Shown here: positions 36,814 to 47,600 of the stretch, one piece after another
Position numbering within the stretch: position 1 is the first letter of the stretch
Layout of the letters: every line of letters starts with the position of its first letter
Source of the DNA: an uncultured virus (IMG/VR IMGVR_UViG_3300032268_000759)
Lineage: Duplodnaviria > Heunggongvirae > Uroviricota > Caudoviricetes
Virus record (IMG/VR): IMGVR_UViG_3300032268_000759
Location: 1 to 64,000 of that record
DNA length: 64,000 bases
Strand: one strand, 5' to 3'
The notes under the pieces: model-generated
Seen by the model: the letters and a program-made list of their open reading frames with translations, nothing else
The model's database searches: none
What the model was told of the DNA's origin: nothing
Position numbers and translations under genes: made by a program

Positions 36814-37515
36814 ATGACTAAAGTAAAGAAAAAATCAGTTCAATATTTTACATCTGCTACAGAGGCAGCTATTGTAGAGTATAATAAAAGTGAGTCATTT
36901 AAAGATAAAAGTAAAATATATTACGAACGGATACATCCTGCTTTTCTTAAGTTAACAGAAAATATAATTCATACCTTTAAATTCTACTATACTGAAGTAG
37001 ATAATATAGAGGATTTACAACATGAGGTTATAACATTCCTATTATCAAAAATCCATCTATTCAACCCAGATAAAGGCGCTAAAGCCTACTCTTACTTTGG
37101 AACAATAGCAAAGCGTTACCTTATAATATCTAATGCTAAAAACTATAAAAAACGAGTAGATAAAGTGCCTATTGAAGATATAAGTGAAGATGAACGTCAT
37201 TCTTATATTATTGATCCAAATGTTGGGAGCCATGAAAAATTATATTGGTTCATAGATCAATATGTAGAACATTGTACTAATAATATATTTAAGATGTTCC
37301 CTAAAGAAATAGATGCCAAAATAGCAGATGCTATTCTTGAATTATTTCGTAAACGTGAACATATTGATATATTTAATAAAAAAGCATTATACATATATAT
37401 CCGTGAAATAATTGATGCTAAGACACCTAAAATAACAAAAATAGCTAATACATTATACTCTACATTTAAAAATGGGTATGCTTTTTATTTAGAATATGGA
37501 TATGTAAAGTTTTGA
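36814..37515 (+). CDS. Phage RNA polymerase sigma factor (sigma70 region 2; gp55-like late sigma)
   Basis: EDLQHEVITFLLSKIHLFNPDKGAKAYSYFGTIAKRYL. Confidence 0.75.
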   Translation: MTKVKKKSVQYFTSATEAAIVEYNKSESFKDKSKIYYERIHPAFLKLTENIIHTFKFYYTEVDNIEDLQHEVITFLLSKIHLFNPDKGAKAYSYFGTIAKRYLIISNAKNYKKRVDKVPIEDISEDERHSYIIDPNVGSHEKLYWFIDQYVEHCTNNIFKMFPKEIDAKIADAILELFRKREHIDIFNKKALYIYIREIIDAKTPKITKIANTLYSTFKNGYAFYLEYGYVKF

Positions 37516-37551
37516 TCTATTTATATTTATAATTAAATAATTAACATAAAT

Positions 37552-37893
37552 ATGAGTGATTTTGATAAAATAGTATTTGGTAAAACTAAATTTTCTGATT
37601 TGTTGGAAGAAATATATGATAACCAAAAGAAAAAAGCTCGTCAAATTTCCGCTTTAATAACTGAATTAAAACCATTAGTAGGTGATATAGGTGATGCTAC
37701 ATTAATTGTTCCTTTAATAAAAGAATATCTTGAAATAGATGTTAAAAATGATGAGCAACTAATTAAAATAGCTACAATCATCCAGCGAGCTATGAATAAT
37801 GCTACTCCAACTGATGATGGATTTGGTATTTCTGAAGCTGAAAAAGCTCAATTATTAGCAGATATTAATAAAGTTAGTAAAGAAGATAAATAA
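37552..37893 (+). CDS. Conserved helical hypothetical protein
   Basis: First gene of late operon; ATLIVPLIKEYLE. Confidence 0.7.
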   Translation: MSDFDKIVFGKTKFSDLLEEIYDNQKKKARQISALITELKPLVGDIGDATLIVPLIKEYLEIDVKNDEQLIKIATIIQRAMNNATPTDDGFGISEAEKAQLLADINKVSKEDK

Positions 37894-39134
37894 TGGCTAA
37901 ATTTAGAGAAGGTCAAGGAGCAATAAATAATGTTCATAACTCAACTCCATATGATAATGTTTTAGCAGGTTTATCTCAAAAGATTAAGTCAGTAGACACT
38001 AATGTAGTTAGAGTTAAAAGTATTATTCTTGATCCAACTCATCCTAGATATGATGAGTTAGGTGGAGAAAATAGTATTGGTACTATTATATTTGATGACA
38101 ATATTGAAATACCTAATATTAGTAATGATATTAGTGCATTTCCATATGCTCGTCCATTATATAGTAATATAAAACATTATCCTTTAATTAATGAATTAGT
38201 TTATATTTTTAGATTTCCTTCAAATGAAATAGGAAAAAATACAGCTCTTAAACAAATATATTATGCAGATGTAGTTTCATTATGGAACCATCCCCATCAT
38301 AATGCTTATCCAGACACACCTAATGCTTTACCTCCATCACAAGATAAAGATTATACAGAAACTGAAGCAGGTAGTGTTAGACGAGTAACAGATCAATCTA
38401 CTGAAATAAATTTAGGTGTTACATTTAAAGAACGAGATAATATACATCCTCTAACTCCATTTGAAGGAGATTTTATAACAGAAGGAAGATGGGGTAATAG
38501 TATTAGATTAGGTTCTACTGTTAAGGATACATCTAATAATTGGTCAGTCACAGGTACAGATGGAGATCCAATTATTATTTTTCGTAATGGTCAAGGAAAA
38601 CAAAATAATGATGGATGGGTTCATATTACTGAAGATATAAATAATGATGAATCATCTATTTATCTAACTAGTACTCAACAAATACCAATAAAAGCATCAA
38701 GTACTAATTATACTAGTTATAAAACTCAACCTGATAATCCAAGTCAATACTCAGGTAAACAAATAATATTAAATTCAGGTCGTTTAATACTAAATAGTAC
38801 TAATGACCATATACTCCTTACCTCTAATAAAACTATTAATTTAAACGCGGTATCCTCAATTAATATTGACAGTCCTACAACTATAATACAATCAAAATCA
38901 GTATTATTAGGTGGTAAAAACGCTACTGAATCTATATTATTAGGTGATACTACTATTAATTTATTAGTTGGATTAGTTGATCAATTAACTGCTTTAACTC
39001 AGGCCTTAACTACAGTAATGCCAGATGCTGGTCCTGCTGTTAGCCCCGCAGCAATTCAGTTAATACCATACTTAACCCAGTTAAGATTACAACTACGTAA
39101 TACTACACTCTCAAAAATAAGTAAAACATTATAA
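37893..39134 (+). CDS. Baseplate hub/central spike protein (gp5/gpV-like)
   Basis: OB-like YPLINELV; EGRWGNSIRLG; beta-helix-like IILNSGRLILNS; position before gp25/gp6. Confidence 0.65.
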   Translation: MAKFREGQGAINNVHNSTPYDNVLAGLSQKIKSVDTNVVRVKSIILDPTHPRYDELGGENSIGTIIFDDNIEIPNISNDISAFPYARPLYSNIKHYPLINELVYIFRFPSNEIGKNTALKQIYYADVVSLWNHPHHNAYPDTPNALPPSQDKDYTETEAGSVRRVTDQSTEINLGVTFKERDNIHPLTPFEGDFITEGRWGNSIRLGSTVKDTSNNWSVTGTDGDPIIIFRNGQGKQNNDGWVHITEDINNDESSIYLTSTQQIPIKASSTNYTSYKTQPDNPSQYSGKQIILNSGRLILNSTNDHILLTSNKTINLNAVSSINIDSPTTIIQSKSVLLGGKNATESILLGDTTINLLVGLVDQLTALTQALTTVMPDAGPAVSPAAIQLIPYLTQLRLQLRNTTLSKISKTL

Positions 39135-39988
39135 TGGCTTTAGGAATTGATATAATCACAATCCAAAATTCTATACCTGATAATTTAAAGAGACAGGGTA
39201 TAGATAAGTTATCTAGTGTACTTATTAAAAAAGGTGAGGAGATTAAAACTCAAATTGAACCTAAATTAACACAAGAGATTCAAAAAGCAAAAGATGTATC
39301 ATTATGTGATGATATAGAGAAATTAAATCAATTAATTCAAACTCGAAATAATATAGTAAGTAAATTAAATAGTATATCTAAATTTGTAAATCAAGTATCA
39401 TTAGCATTTACAGGTATATCCACTTTACTTCAATTATTAATATTAGCTAAAAATATATTAGATGTCACTACATTGGCGTCATATATCGCATTAGGTTTTG
39501 CACCTGCGGTACCTGGTGCGGCAATCACTGCTATTGGCACTGTTCAAGATGCTTCAAATAAAATAACATATGATACTTTAGGTGCTTCACGTTTAGAAAA
39601 AGCCCAAAATATAATTGGAGGAGCAGCTATAGCAATAGCAGTATTATCAGCTACTATAAAAAGTGTTATATTATTATTAAATCAATTGGATGCTGAATTA
39701 AGTAAATGTACTAATATAGAATTAGACCCAGTTGATCAAAATTTAATTGATATAAGTAATCAAGTAATTGAAGCTGAAGCTACTATTAATGAGTCAATCT
39801 ATAAAGGATTTACTATTGAAATAGAAACAGTTCCATATGCAAATAATGTAGATCGTTATAAAGCAATTGGAGTTAATAGTGATGGTATTAAGTTAATAGA
39901 AACACCATTATCATTCACAACAAATAAGCAAACTTTAATAGATGAACTAAAATTTATTATTGATAGAGATAATTTAAAAGCTAATTAA
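39134..39988 (+). CDS. Structural-operon hypothetical protein with hydrophobic helices
   Basis: TAATG-coupled. Confidence 0.65.
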   Translation: MALGIDIITIQNSIPDNLKRQGIDKLSSVLIKKGEEIKTQIEPKLTQEIQKAKDVSLCDDIEKLNQLIQTRNNIVSKLNSISKFVNQVSLAFTGISTLLQLLILAKNILDVTTLASYIALGFAPAVPGAAITAIGTVQDASNKITYDTLGASRLEKAQNIIGGAAIAIAVLSATIKSVILLLNQLDAELSKCTNIELDPVDQNLIDISNQVIEAEATINESIYKGFTIEIETVPYANNVDRYKAIGVNSDGIKLIETPLSFTTNKQTLIDELKFIIDRDNLKAN

Positions 39989-40005
39989 TTAAATATTTAT
40001 AACAA

Positions 40006-40356
40006 ATGAAACCAAGTGAATTTAAACAAATAATTAAAGAATCGGTTAGAGAAGCGATTCAGGATGAACTAAAAGATATACTTTTAGAAGCCCTTAAAAC
40101 TACTAAAACTCAAGTTACAGAACATGTGGTATCTAAAAATATAAATGATGTAATACCAACCGCAGATAAACGTCAAGCTTATATGAATGTATTAAATGAA
40201 ACTGCTGGATTTGCACCAGGCGCTGAAACCATCAGTATGAATACTAATAACATATTCAGACCAACAGGTACTAATACAGCAGCAGAAGGTTCATCATTAC
40301 CACCAGGTGAGGTAGATATGAGTCAAATTATGGGTTTATTAAATCCTAATAAATAA
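40006..40356 (+). CDS. Leader-bearing protein (MKPSEFKQIIKE), putative head-associated
   Basis: Shared leader; LLE/VTE/LNE motifs. Confidence 0.6.
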   Translation: MKPSEFKQIIKESVREAIQDELKDILLEALKTTKTQVTEHVVSKNINDVIPTADKRQAYMNVLNETAGFAPGAETISMNTNNIFRPTGTNTAAEGSSLPPGEVDMSQIMGLLNPNK

Positions 40357-40883
40357 TGGCATACGGTATATTTTACATATATTGCCACCGTAGAAAAACA
40401 GACGGAAAATGCTTTTATATAGGTAAAGGTACCGGATATAGATATAAACATTCATATGGTAGAAATAACTATTGGAATAATATAGTTAATAAATATGGAT
40501 TCACTTGGGAAATATTAGTAAATAACATCACTGAAGAAAAAGCATTTGAACTTGAATCTATTATTTGTAACCAAATCGGTTACGAAAATTTATGTAATAT
40601 AAATCAAGAAAAAGGAAATGGAGGATGGACTAGATCTGATGAAACCATTTTTAAATTAAAAAAACCAAAACCTAAAGGATTTGGTGATAAAATTAGTAAA
40701 ACTAAAACTAAATATATTGTATTGCAATATTCTTTAGATAATATATTTATTAAAGAATGGGATAATACATATGAAGCTGCTGAATATGTAGATGGAAATG
40801 CAACAGCTATAAGAGGATGTTGCACAGGAGAAAGAAAAACAGCTAATGGATATATTTGGAAATATAAATTAAAAACAACATGA
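40356..40883 (+). CDS. GIY-YIG homing endonuclease with NUMOD1-like C-terminus
   Basis: FYIY...FYIGKG..R...E; VLQYSLD..FIKEW....EAA...I..CC.G..KTANGYIWKY. Confidence 0.85.
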   Translation: MAYGIFYIYCHRRKTDGKCFYIGKGTGYRYKHSYGRNNYWNNIVNKYGFTWEILVNNITEEKAFELESIICNQIGYENLCNINQEKGNGGWTRSDETIFKLKKPKPKGFGDKISKTKTKYIVLQYSLDNIFIKEWDNTYEAAEYVDGNATAIRGCCTGERKTANGYIWKYKLKTT

Positions 40884-41287
40884 GCTACGGAGCTAAAAAA
40901 ATATTTCCTATTGATAAGAAACCTAGAGTAGCCATAGGTGTGGGTATTCCTTTTAATCAACCTGGAGTATTTAGTTCTACTTATTTAACTCAAGATGCTA
41001 TTAAAACTAATTTAATTAATTATTTTCTTACTAATGCTGGTGAAAGATATATGAATCCTTCATTTGGAGGAAATTTAAGACAATTCATATTTCAACAAAT
41101 AACTAATGGTAATATTGATTTTTTAAAAGAAGATATTCAAACAAAAATAAATCAATATTTCCCTAGTGTAATAATAGGTAATTTAGATATATTACAAGAC
41201 ACTGATAATAATACTATAACTGTACAATTGTATTATTCAATAGCAGATACAGGTATAAATGATAACTTACAATTAGAATTTCAATAA
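40880..41287 (+). CDS. Baseplate wedge subunit gp25-like
   Basis: IKTNL.N..LTNAGERYMNPSFG.NL..FIF. Confidence 0.9.
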   Translation: MSYGAKKIFPIDKKPRVAIGVGIPFNQPGVFSSTYLTQDAIKTNLINYFLTNAGERYMNPSFGGNLRQFIFQQITNGNIDFLKEDIQTKINQYFPSVIIGNLDILQDTDNNTITVQLYYSIADTGINDNLQLEFQ

Positions 41288-43143
41288 TGGCTGAAAAAAA
41301 AGACATAAGATATATTAATAGAGAATTTGGTGAATTGAAAACAGCGCTTATCAATTATACTAAAACCTATTTTCCAAACACATATAATGATTTTAGTCCA
41401 TCATCTCCAGGTACAGCTTTTATAGAAATGGCTGCTTATGTAGGTGATGTATTATCATTTTATCAAGATAATCAATTTCAAGAAACATTTTTACAATATG
41501 CTAGACAAGCTAATAATTTATATGAATTAGCTTATATGTTTGGCTATAAGCCAAATGTAACAGGTGTATCAACAACTAATATAGATGTATATCAACAATT
41601 ACCTTCTATAACTAGTGGTAGTGTTCAAATACCTGATTTTTCTTATGCTTTATATTTTGCTCCAAATTCATTAGTAAAAGCAAATTTATCAGGTTCAACA
41701 AGTTTCTTAATTCAAGATCCTATTGACTTTACAGTATCAAGTTCAGGAGATCCAACTGAAATAACAGTATATAGTATAAGTGGAGATCAACCTACAAGTT
41801 TCTTATTAAAGAAAACTCGTAAAGCAATTTCATCTACTGTTAATGCAACTACCTTCACTTTTAATGACCCAGTTCCATTTTCAACAGTTGAAATAAATAC
41901 TGAAAATATTGTTGGTATAATAGAAGTAATGGATAGTGATGGTAATCAATGGTATGAAGTAGATTATTTAGCTCAAGAAACAGTATTTGATTCAATAAAA
42001 AATACAAATGTTAATGATCCTAATTTTACATTAAGTAATGATACTCCATATCTATTAAAATTAAAACAAGTACAACGTAGATTTGCTACTCGTTTTATAA
42101 ATACAGGTTCATTACAAATTCAATTTGGATCAGGTATAGCATTTGAAGATGATGAGACAATAGTACCTAATCCATATAATGTTGGTTTAGGTTTACCATC
42201 AGAGCAAAGTAAATTAACCACCGCATACTCACCTTCAAATTTCATATTTACTAAAACTTATGGTATAGCTCCTTCAGCTACTACTTTAACAGTTATATAT
42301 TTAACAGGAGGAGGAATAAGTTCAAATGTTCCTGCTAATACAATTAATACAATAATAAGTACCCCAAGATTTGTAAATTCTAATTTAGCTTCATCAATTA
42401 TAGCTCAAAGTATACTTGGATCAGTAGCTATAAACAATCCAGAAGCAGCTGATGGAGGACAAGATGGAGACACAGTTGAAGAAATAAGACAAAATTCAAT
42501 AGCAAATTTTGCTACTCAACTTAGAACTGTAACTCAAGATGATTATTTAGTTAGAGCTTTATCAATGCCTTCTAAATATGGAGTTATAGCTAAAGCATAT
42601 ATTGAACCAGTAAGAGCGCAAAATATATCAACAGGTGAAATTCCTGCTACTTTAGATTTATATACTTTATCATATGATTCAAATAACAATCTAAGAACAT
42701 GTTCAACTACTTTAAAACAAAATTTATCTACTTATCTATCTCAATATAGAGTAATAGGTGATTCAATTAGAATTAGAGATGGATTTATTATTAACATAGG
42801 TGTAAATTTTGAAATAATAGTACTGCCAGATTATAATAATAATGATATTATACTTGCTTGTATAACTGCATTACAAAATTATTTTGCTATAGATAAATGG
42901 TTAATTAATCAACCAATTGTTTTAAGAGAATTATATATCTTATTAGATAAAATAGAAGGAGTTCAAACTATTAAAACTATAAATATAGTAAATAAAGTTG
43001 GTACTAGTTTAGGATACTCACAATACGCTTATGATATACAAGGTGCTACACAAAATGGTATTATCTATCCTAGTTTAGATCCATCAGTATTTGAAGTTAA
43101 ATATCCTAACACAGATATTCAAGGTAAAATAGTATCATTATAA
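41287..43143 (+). CDS. Baseplate wedge protein gp6 / baseplate J-like
   Basis: NDFS.SSPG..FIEMAAYVGDVLSFY.D; YLTGGG..N; GG.D.D..EEIR; R.VT.DDY. Confidence 0.9.
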   Translation: MAEKKDIRYINREFGELKTALINYTKTYFPNTYNDFSPSSPGTAFIEMAAYVGDVLSFYQDNQFQETFLQYARQANNLYELAYMFGYKPNVTGVSTTNIDVYQQLPSITSGSVQIPDFSYALYFAPNSLVKANLSGSTSFLIQDPIDFTVSSSGDPTEITVYSISGDQPTSFLLKKTRKAISSTVNATTFTFNDPVPFSTVEINTENIVGIIEVMDSDGNQWYEVDYLAQETVFDSIKNTNVNDPNFTLSNDTPYLLKLKQVQRRFATRFINTGSLQIQFGSGIAFEDDETIVPNPYNVGLGLPSEQSKLTTAYSPSNFIFTKTYGIAPSATTLTVIYLTGGGISSNVPANTINTIISTPRFVNSNLASSIIAQSILGSVAINNPEAADGGQDGDTVEEIRQNSIANFATQLRTVTQDDYLVRALSMPSKYGVIAKAYIEPVRAQNISTGEIPATLDLYTLSYDSNNNLRTCSTTLKQNLSTYLSQYRVIGDSIRIRDGFIINIGVNFEIIVLPDYNNNDIILACITALQNYFAIDKWLINQPIVLRELYILLDKIEGVQTIKTINIVNKVGTSLGYSQYAYDIQGATQNGIIYPSLDPSVFEVKYPNTDIQGKIVSL

Positions 43144-43152
43144 TAAAAGAAA

Positions 43153-44277
43153 ATGGCAATATACAAATTATATCCATATAAAGACGCTACTTTATATTCA
43201 TTCTATCCTAATGCAAACATGGGTTTAGATTCTATATTAGAAGTAGGTAATCCATTAACTATAGATGGCTCATCAGGAGTATTTAGAGCATTATTAGCTT
43301 TTGATCAAACTGAAATAAATAGTATTTTAAACACTAGAATTAGTAGTTCATTATGGCAGGCTAATTTAAAATGTTATATTGCTAATGCTGAAGGTGTAGA
43401 TTTTAGTAGTACTGTATTTGCATACCCAGTATCAGGTACTTGGAGTAATGGTACTGGTCAATTTGGAGATAATCCTATAACTACAGATGGTGTTAGTTGG
43501 GGATGGATAAACTATGAAAGTGGAAGTACTTGGAATATATCAACATTCCCAGCTTATGTAACTGCTTCATTTTTAAATTCAAATAAAGGAGGAGGAAATT
43601 GGTATACAGGTTCATCAAATCCTAATTTAAAAATTCCTGCTTCACAATCATTTGATATTAGAAGTGATAAAGATTTAAATATAGTTGTAACAGATACTGT
43701 TAAAGCTTGGTATAGTGGTTCTTTTAACAATGAAGGATTTATCATTAAATGGAGTGATTCTATTGAATTTAGTAATTTAGAAGCAATTCAACCTGATTTA
43801 AAATTCTTCTCAGTAGATACTCACACAATCTATCCTCCTGAATTAGAATTTAGATGGAGAGACTATATAAATAATACAGGCTCATCAGTACAAACCACAT
43901 TAACTACTTCTCAAATATATGCTTCAGTAATTGAAAACCCAGGATTTTTTTATCCTGAGAGTGTAAATAGATTTAGAATAGAATGTAGACCACAATATCC
44001 AACTCGTGTATACCAAACATCTTCAATATATACAAATAATTTTTATTTACCTACAGCATCATATTACGCTATAAAAGATTTAGATACTAATGAATATGTA
44101 ATTGATTTTGATACTAACTATACTCAAATTAGTGCTGATAGTACAAGTAATTATTTTGACATTTATATGAATGGTTTACAACCAGAACGTTACTATAAAA
44201 TTTTAATTAAAACTACAATAAATAATAGTACAATTATATTAGATAATAATTATTACTTTAAAATAATAAATGGATAA
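43153..44277 (+). CDS. Virion structural protein (DNRLRE-like domain)
   Basis: KDATLY...N.G.D.ILEV...RALLAFD...W.NGTG...NEGFIIK...P.LE. Confidence 0.6.
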   Translation: MAIYKLYPYKDATLYSFYPNANMGLDSILEVGNPLTIDGSSGVFRALLAFDQTEINSILNTRISSSLWQANLKCYIANAEGVDFSSTVFAYPVSGTWSNGTGQFGDNPITTDGVSWGWINYESGSTWNISTFPAYVTASFLNSNKGGGNWYTGSSNPNLKIPASQSFDIRSDKDLNIVVTDTVKAWYSGSFNNEGFIIKWSDSIEFSNLEAIQPDLKFFSVDTHTIYPPELEFRWRDYINNTGSSVQTTLTTSQIYASVIENPGFFYPESVNRFRIECRPQYPTRVYQTSSIYTNNFYLPTASYYAIKDLDTNEYVIDFDTNYTQISADSTSNYFDIYMNGLQPERYYKILIKTTINNSTIILDNNYYFKIING

Positions 44278-44627
44278 TGGCTCAAGTTGAACTAAATAAA
44301 AGAGTATTCTCAAAAAATCAATACCAAAAGGTAATTGATACTTCTTTTACTCAATTAGTACCTTTAAATCAAACTAATATAACACCAACATCATCTGTTA
44401 CTGTAGATCAATTTTTTGAATCTTACAATCAATTATTCTTTGATATACCTAAATTTGGAGAAGTAAATTCTCATGAGTACCTTATAAAAACAAGTCAAGA
44501 ATATGTTGGTTCAACATTTCAATCAGATGAAATACAAGCATTAATTGATGAAGTTACATTCTTAAGACAACAAAATCTTGATTTACAGCAACAATATCAA
44601 GTAATAAATAACAACCTACCTAAGTAA
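44277..44627 (+). CDS. Structural-operon hypothetical protein
   Basis: TAATG-coupled. Confidence 0.7.
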   Translation: MAQVELNKRVFSKNQYQKVIDTSFTQLVPLNQTNITPTSSVTVDQFFESYNQLFFDIPKFGEVNSHEYLIKTSQEYVGSTFQSDEIQALIDEVTFLRQQNLDLQQQYQVINNNLPK

Positions 44628-47600
44628 TGGATAGAATAGTTAATATACAAAATGTAGACCCTACAACTTTAGAGTTACAAAACTACTCTTCTGAGGATCA
44701 AAACCTGATTTCAAGTTTTGAATTGGAAAATTCTTTTACTTCTAGTGTTGACTATATAGAATATACAATATATGACTTCAATCAGAATATATTATTATAT
44801 ACTGATCAATTTTCAAATTATTCAATTATAAACAATAAAGTCCAAATAGATCCAGAAAATGATTTAGTATCATATGGATTTGATGAAGGACAATATATAA
44901 CTAATTATAATTTCTTTAAAAATATATTAGGTTCATCTAATGATAATACCTACTATATATCAGAAATAAGTTCAGATAGAACTGAAGTAAGATTAGATAC
45001 TACATTAATTGATAATATTCTTGTAATATCATCATCAACAGATTTCTCAATTCAATTACAACAATCTAATTATTATAAAGATTTTTATTTAAATTTTGGA
45101 AATAATAATTTAGTAATAGCAAATAATGTTTTATTAGATACATCTGATCCTACTAATCCAACTGTATTAATTAAACTATATGAACCATTACCTACTAATT
45201 TTGATTTAAAAACAGAATTATGGGTAGTTGAATCTATAGCTGATCCTTTATCATATCAAATTAGTATTTCATTAATATTTGATAGTGTAGATAGTGGTAT
45301 ACAATTAAATGGTCCTAATTTTAATATATCAACTAAAGATAGGATTAATAATTCTTCTGAATATGCTAGCTTTAATTCAATAACAAATACTACTTCACAA
45401 TTTGGTAGTTCAAGTTTACGTTATCAATTAAATAGTTTATTAGTAGAAAAAGGAATAGAAATAAATATTGATTATAATAGTTATTATAATTTTGTATTTT
45501 TCTCATCAGCTCAAACTCGATTAGAAAATTTCTATTATAAAATGTCATTACTTGAAGAATATACAGCTAATGCTAAAATGTCTTCAACAGGTTCATCAAG
45601 TACTTCATATTATGTTTCATCAAGTTATAACATATATCAAGCTAAAATAGATGATATTATAACTAATTTTGATGGATATGAATATTTCTTATATTTTGAA
45701 TCAGGTAGTAAATGTTGGCCTAAAACTAATGATGAACAACCATATATTAATGCTACAGTAAATTCATTAGTAGTTCAAAATTGGTTAGCTGAACAATATG
45801 CTAGTGCTTCAGACTATGATAATAATTTAAATCCTAATGCTTTAATAAATACTATTCCTAGTTATCTAAGAGATGATCCTTCAAATTCACAATATGAATT
45901 ATTTGTGGAAATGGTAGGTCAACATTTTGATAGTATCTGGGTTTATATTAAAGATATAGATAATAAATATAACGCTGATAATCGTTTAGATTATGGTGTG
46001 TCTAAGGATTTAGTAGCAGATGTATTAAGAGATTTAGGTGTTAAAATATATCAAAATAACTTCTCTGTAGATGATTTATATACATCATTTATAGGAATAA
46101 CCCCAGGTGGTTCATCTTTACCTTCAACAGGAAATGAATTAATTACTAACTATGTAACAGCTTCTCTATCACCTTATGTACTACCAGGATATGTTATCAC
46201 AGGATATGTTAATGGTAAACCTATTATAGTACCATTAGATGATATTAATAAATCAATATATAAACGTATATATCATAATGTACCTTACTTATTTAAGAAA
46301 AAAGGTACTATTGAAGGACTAAGAGCATTAATAACTTTATATGGTATTCCTGATACTATTTTAAGGATAAATGAATTTGGAGGTAAAAATAAAGATAATT
46401 CTAATGACTGGGATCAATGGCAAAACCAATATAATTACTCATTATATTCATCACTTGTAGATAATTATCCTACATCTGAAAGTGGAAGTGTTTATGGTAG
46501 TGGTACATATGGTACTTCAGTTTATACCTCAACTTCAAATAAATCAGGGGTTGTTATTATTCCTTGGGATAAATTATCAACAACTAATACCAGCCCAGCA
46601 TCAATAGCTTTTAGATTTAAAACAGAAGGTGTTTCTTTTTTCTATCCTAGTCAATCATTATTATTTAATGAATTATCATTAGGTGGTAATGCTTTTAGTT
46701 TAGTATTAGAACGCTCAGAATCAATATATGGAACCTACTCAGGTTCAGGTGCTCCAATCTCACCAACATATGATTGGGGTACATTAAAATTAATACTACC
46801 AGATACATCAGTATCATGTAGTGTTTATTTACCTTTATTTAATAGTGGTTGGTGGTCAGTATTAGTAACTCGAACTAATTCAACTCACAGTTTATATGTT
46901 AAAAACAAAATAAATAATGGAGAGGATGGAAACCAATTAGGTTTTCAAGCATCATCTAGTGTGATATCTTCAAATCCAAGTTGGAATAATGTTGGTAATT
47001 CATATTTAGGTGGATTCAGATCAGGAGTAACCAGTAGTCTTATATCAGGTAAAATTTATACTCCATTTTTAGGTACTTTTCAAGAATTTAGATATTATAG
47101 TTTACCACTAAATGAAGGTACATTTGATGATTTTGTAATGAATCCTTACTCTATAGAAGGAAATACAATTGATGGTGCTCAATCATCAGTTGAAATTCTT
47201 AAATTAAGAGCACCATTAGGTTCAATATTAGATATAGATGTATCACAAAGTGCAAGAACATCAGTTCATCCAAGTTTAACTGTTGTTCCTACTACTTCAT
47301 CATTTTATAATGGTACTAACAATTATACTATAACAGGTAGTTTTCAATTTGTATCAAATACTGAAACTATATTTTTAGATCAATTCCCAGCTGGTATAAG
47401 AAATACTATTAATAATAAAATTAAAATAGCTCAAACTATTTTACCAACGGGAGATACATTATCACCTTATATTAGAATACAACAAGATTCACCTGTAAGT
47501 GGTAGTTATACTAAAGATTTAAATTTATTAGAAGTAGCATTTTCCCCACAAAATGAAATAAATGAGGATATTATAGCTCAATTAGGGTATTTTAACTTAG

